11,607 nt of DNA from the NCBI RefSeq assembly GCF_006345805.1, contig NW_021826744.1, forward strand, positions 1-11,607, written 5' to 3'. The notes under the pieces were generated by a model. The model made no database searches, was not told the DNA's origin, and saw nothing but the letters and a program-made list of their open reading frames with translations. Position numbers and translations under genes: made by a program. This DNA comes from Octopus sinensis. Its lineage: Eukaryota. The first letter of the stretch is position 1; every line of letters begins with the position of its first letter. Positions 7,940-11,607 of this stretch are shown one piece after another.

Positions 7940-8616
7940 ACAATATCTTCTTCCTTTTCTTCTCTTCAAACTTCCTTCTTCCTCTTCTCTTATTATGCTT
8001 CTTTTTTCTCTTCTCCTTTCTTCTCCTTTTATTCTTTCTCCTCTTTCTTTCTTCTCCCTCTTCTTCTTCTTCTTCTTCTTCTTCCTTCCACTTCTTCCTC
8101 TTCTACCTCTTATTCTTCTTCTTCTTCCATTTTTTCCACTTCGTTTCTTCTTCCGCATCTTCTCTTCTTCCGCATTTCTTATTCTTCCTCTTCTTTTTCT
8201 TCTCTTCTTCCAATTCTTCTTCTTCTTGCTTCTTCTTCTCTTCAAGATTACTCTTCTTCTTCGCTTCCTCTTCTTCATTTTTCTTCTTTCTGCTTCTTCT
8301 TTTTTTCTTTTTCTTCTTCTTCCGTTATTATTATTCTTTCTTTTCTTTTTCTTCTTCCTCTTCTTTTTCTTCTTCTTCTTCCACTTATTCCTCTTCTTCT
8401 TCCGCTTCCTCTTCTTCCTCTTTTCTTCTTCTTCTGCTTCTTCTTTCTTTTCTTTTTCTTCTTCTTCCGTTTCTTATTATTCTTTCTTTTCTTTTTCTTC
8501 TTCCTCTTCCTTTTCTTCTTCTTCTTCCATTTCTTCTTCTCCTCCTGTTCTTTCTTCTTCTTCCTTCTTCTTCTTCTTCTTCTTCTTCTTCTTCTTCTTC
8601 TTCTTCTTCTTCTTCT
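7940..8616. repeat. Long (CTT)n-based polypyrimidine/polypurine tract
   Basis: About 680 nt that is nearly all C/T on the + strand and ends in a pure (CTT)n run. Confidence 0.95.
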
Positions 8617-8627
8617 CCGTTCTGGTT

Positions 8628-8822
8628 GCTGAAATCCTTAGCGGTATTTTGTATGTCTTTACGTTCTGAGTTCAAATTTCGCCACGGTTGACTTTGTCTT
8701 TCATCCTTTCGAGTTCAATTAAATAAGTACCAGTTACACACCGAGGTCGATGTAATCAACTTAATCCCTTTGTCTGTCCTTGTTTGTCCCCTCTATGTTT
8801 AACTCCCTGTGGGCAATAATGA
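8628..8822 (+). mobile_element. 5'-truncated family A SINE running into a (TAT)n tail
   Basis: CTTAGCGGTATT...GTTCTGAGTTCAAAT...AAGTACCAGTTAC...TTTGTCCCCTCTATGTTTAAC...GGGCAATAATGAA is the reverse-complement homologue of the 7250/7434 units. Confidence 0.85.
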
Positions 8823-8890
<68 letters not shown>

Positions 8891-9117
8891 TCCTCTTCTT
8901 CTTCATCATCCTCATCATCACTTCGCCTCTCCACGTCCTCCACCTTCTCCTGCTGCTTCATCATCCTCGTCTTCATTTTCATCTTTGTCTTCTTCTTCTT
9001 CTTCTTTTTCTTCTTCTTCTTCTTCTTCTTCTTCTTCGTTTTATTATTATTATTATTATTTATTATTATTATTATTATTATTATCAGTATTATTATTATT
9101 ATTATTTTATTATTATT
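8823..9117. repeat. (TAT)n-(CAT/CTT)n-(TAT)n compound microsatellite
   Basis: Directly visible. Confidence 0.95.
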
Positions 9118-10032
9118 CCTTCGTAACATAGTGTAGGTAAAAATGCCTCGGAATTTTTAGTCATTTGTCAAGTCACAACAAGGACCTCAGACAGATTATT
9201 CTTTCCTTAAGATGTGCGCTGCGCCCAATAAGGCTGCTTTTTGCAAGACATCAATCTTGCATGGGATTTCCAGTTGCCTTAAGAAGTTTTGAAATTTCAG
9301 TGGGATTGATCCCAGCGCTCCGGTCATCACTGGTATCACTTTTACATTACCCTCTCGCATTCCATACAGTCTTGCCATTTCCACTTTTAATTCGGAGTAC
9401 TTGGTGATTTTTTTCAAGCTCTTTACTTACAACATTCATGCCATTTGGTATGGCTACATCAATGATCTGATAGTATTTGTCTCTCTTATTCAATATGACA
9501 ATATCGGCCGACGGTGTTCGATTACACGATCCATCTGAAAATCATAGTCCCAGAGTGTCGTTACATTTTCACCTGCCTGCGTAACTTTACTTGGTACATG
9601 CTCATACCAGTTCTCTGTTAACTCATATTGGTATTTACGGCGTAAGAACCAACAAAGATACACTCAAACTCTATCGTGGCGGCGCTTGTATTCTTTTTGT
9701 GCAAGGCTCTCACATCCACGTACCAAGTGGGTCACATTTTCCACACTCTTTCCACAGAGTTTGCATGTCTGGGTGTCAGAAGTTTTATAGATGTTATACT
9801 TCACTGAATTGGTAGCGAGAGTCTGGCCCTGTGCAGCAATGATCAGGCTTTCGGTGGTACGATTCAAATCACCTCGCTGAAGCCATTCCCACGTTGCTGT
9901 ATTATCCTTAACGTCCTGTGTACACCTTTCAAACTTTACATGCATTCTCATTTCAAGAAAGTCTTCTTTTCTCTTCTCCTCAGGTCTTTGGTTAAACTCT
10001 TCCTTGCCCATCATTTCATCTGCAGTTACACC

Positions 10033-10033
<1 letters not shown>
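9118..10033 (-). mobile_element. 5'-truncated, inactivated RLE-type non-LTR retrotransposon (R4/Dong-like)
   Basis: The minus strand encodes WLQRGDL...TESLIIAAQGQ, a CCHC knuckle CKLC-x8-H-x4-C, YKRRHDRV, WYEH-x-P, LWD, RP/DIV...IIDVAIP...KELEK/ITKY (PD-D-K endonuclease), PV-x-x-GALG and LQKAALLGAAHILRK*, followed by a ~75-nt 3' UTR. Lesions: TGA at 9666-9664, a -1 shift near 9506, and a +1 shift in the A7 run at 9414-9408. Confidence 0.88.
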
Positions 10034-10081
<48 letters not shown>

Positions 10082-10083
10082 TA
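10034..10083. repeat. (TAT)n / (TAA)n microsatellite
   Basis: Perfect run abutting the 5' junction of the retrotransposon. Confidence 0.97.
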
Positions 10084-10116
10084 CTTTTAATCTGCATGTT
10101 TGTTACAATCACTTAC

Positions 10117-10179
10117 CGACACACACCCAGCGTCCTAGGGCGAGTGAAGGATAAGAGATGTTACAGTATGACTGAAAGC
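10117..10179 (-). CDS. Candidate internal coding exon A of an unidentified host gene (63 nt, phase 1-1): FQSYCNISYPSLALGRWVCV
   Basis: Minus-strand acceptor CCCCTGCCATTTCCCCTCTCCAG|GC and donor TCG|GTAAGT. Length is divisible by 3 and only one frame is open. It joins exon B in frame (G+CA = Ala). Confidence 0.55.
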
Positions 10180-10319
10180 CTGGAGAGGGGAAATGGCAGG
10201 GGCAGTAGCGAAATATCTTCATGAAATAAAACGCAAACATTTAAATTGATAGGGTTTTTCTAAGGATGAGGGCAGTATATATCAACACAAACTTTTGGAT
10301 TTCTGACAATTACTGACCA

Positions 10320-10492
10320 TAGGCGCAGGAGTGGCTTTATCGTAAGTAGCTTGCTTACCAACCACATGATTCCAGGTTCAGTCCCACTGCGTGGCACCTT
10401 GGGCAAATGTCTTTTACTATAGCCTCGGACCGACCAAGGCCTTGTGAGTGGATTTGGTAGACGGAAACTGACAGAAGCCCGTCGTATATATG

Positions 10493-10541
<49 letters not shown>

Positions 10542-10758
10542 TTGTGTGTCTGTGTTTGTCCCCCCAACATCGCTTGACAACCGATGCTGGAGTGTTTATG
10601 TCCCCGTAACGTAGCAGTTCGGCAAAACAGACCGATAGAATAAGTACTAGGCTTATAAAGAGTAAGTCCTGGGGTCGATTTGCTCAACTAAAGGCGGTGC
10701 TCCAGCATGGCTGCAGTCAAATGACTGAAACAAGTAAAGAGAGAGTAAAAGAGAATTT
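10320..10758 (+). mobile_element. tRNA-derived SINE, family B, full length
   Basis: TAGGCGCAGGAGTGGC head, B-box-like GGTTCAGTCCC, GTGGCACCTTGGGCAA core, internal (TA)(TG) tract and (GTAAAAGAGA)2 tail. It is an inverted homologue of 1186-1590. Confidence 0.9.
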
Positions 10759-10825
10759 AAATGTCTGTGTCGTCATACATGAAGCTATTTCGATGGTGTG
10801 CACGAATGGTTACATTCGGAATCAA

Positions 10826-10958
10826 GGGATTAAGTCGATTACAACGACCCCAGTGCATAACTGGTACTTTATTTATCAACCCCGAAAGGATGAAATGCAA
10901 AGTCGACCTCGGCGGAATTTGAACTCAGAAAGTAGCATTTCTGGCAGCTCGCCATTTT
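10826..10958 (-). mobile_element. Family A SINE with a deletion inside the head
   Basis: The body matches the 7250 unit (ATTAAGTCGATTAC...AAAGTCGACCTCGGCGGAATTTGAACTCAGAA). It then jumps directly to TTTCTGGCAGCTCGCC, skipping about 45 nt present at 7605-7650. Confidence 0.85.
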
Positions 10959-11178
10959 AGTCGAAATATTTATTATTAGAAGATTCCACTTTTTGATAAT
11001 AGTGTGAAAGCAAAGGATTCCAGTGGGATTTCAAATATTAATCGCCTCGTATACTTTCATTCCGATTTATGCTGGATTAAATTATACTGCAGGTGGTTTA
11101 CAAACGGATGACGACTTTCTAATTAGAGAAACTCTCAAACGAATGCAATCAAATGAATTCATAAGAGCACTAATTACG

Positions 11179-11434
11179 TTAGGGAGATGTGCTTGCATGG
11201 CTAGTGTTTAGATCTGCGAACGACCATATGTGGAAACGAAAACGACTGCAGCGTGGGAGACACAAGTTAGCCATTCAGAAACAGAGAAACACAAACGTTG
11301 TCAGTGAGCAGATCGCAGTTTGGAATAACGAAGATTTCGACACCAGATCACAAACAATTGTTGTTTAAGTGATGTTAAGTATGTTTGAGTGTTTTTAAAT
11401 ATAGCTAACATGTGTCTTCCACAATGCAATCGTT
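11179..11434 (-). mobile_element. Diverged MITE-like element related to 4171-4384
   Basis: 11179-11219 matches 4171-4211 directly (32/41). 11300-11319 matches 4340-4359 in reverse complement (17/20). It has its own inverted repeat 11241-11272 / 11403-11434 (26/32). Confidence 0.6.
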
Positions 11435-11607
11435 ACTAATTATGTTATTTCATGATTTAAACACGAATACTGTCTGTAGCAAACTTAAAATAGTAAAAAT
11501 TTCTTAGATGTAAAATTTAAATTCAATAAAAATAAATTCCGGCTCTACCTTAAAACAAATGATTAAATATAATGTAAAAACAAAACAGTATATTTCTTAG
11601 ATGTACA

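Noticed and set aside
7865-9136. Long Phe/Ser/Leu- and Lys/Arg/Glu-rich ORFs
   Set aside because: They are products of (CTT)n and (TAT)n tracts, which lack stop codons by composition.
9977-9983. Second hammerhead core (CTGAGGA on the minus strand)
   Set aside because: There is no proper stem II, stem III or stem I, and it lies within retrotransposon coding sequence.
11023-11211. 62-aa plus-strand ORF
   Set aside because: It has a non-ATG start, no recognisable motif, and runs into a MITE end.

Overview
This is AT-rich, repeat-saturated eukaryotic DNA, not a prokaryotic window. The SINE families resemble those of coleoid cephalopods, probably Octopus; this is my recognition, not a database result. 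It reads as intronic sequence of a minus-strand gene, with two candidate symmetric phase-1 coding exons (10117-10179 and 6428-6550) that join in frame. The rest consists of tRNA-derived SINEs of two families in both orientations, two MITE-like families, microsatellites, an RTE-type LINE 3' end, and a 5'-truncated R4/Dong-like RLE retrotransposon sitting in a (TAA)n array. The best signal is a ~1.45 kb element between (TA)n tracts (4516-5967). It carries remnants of a Penelope-like GIY-YIG ORF with the catalytic core deleted and no RT, and ends in a type I hammerhead ribozyme fold (5843-5937) with an unusually long stem II. Almost all ORFs in the supplied track are microsatellite or SINE artefacts.
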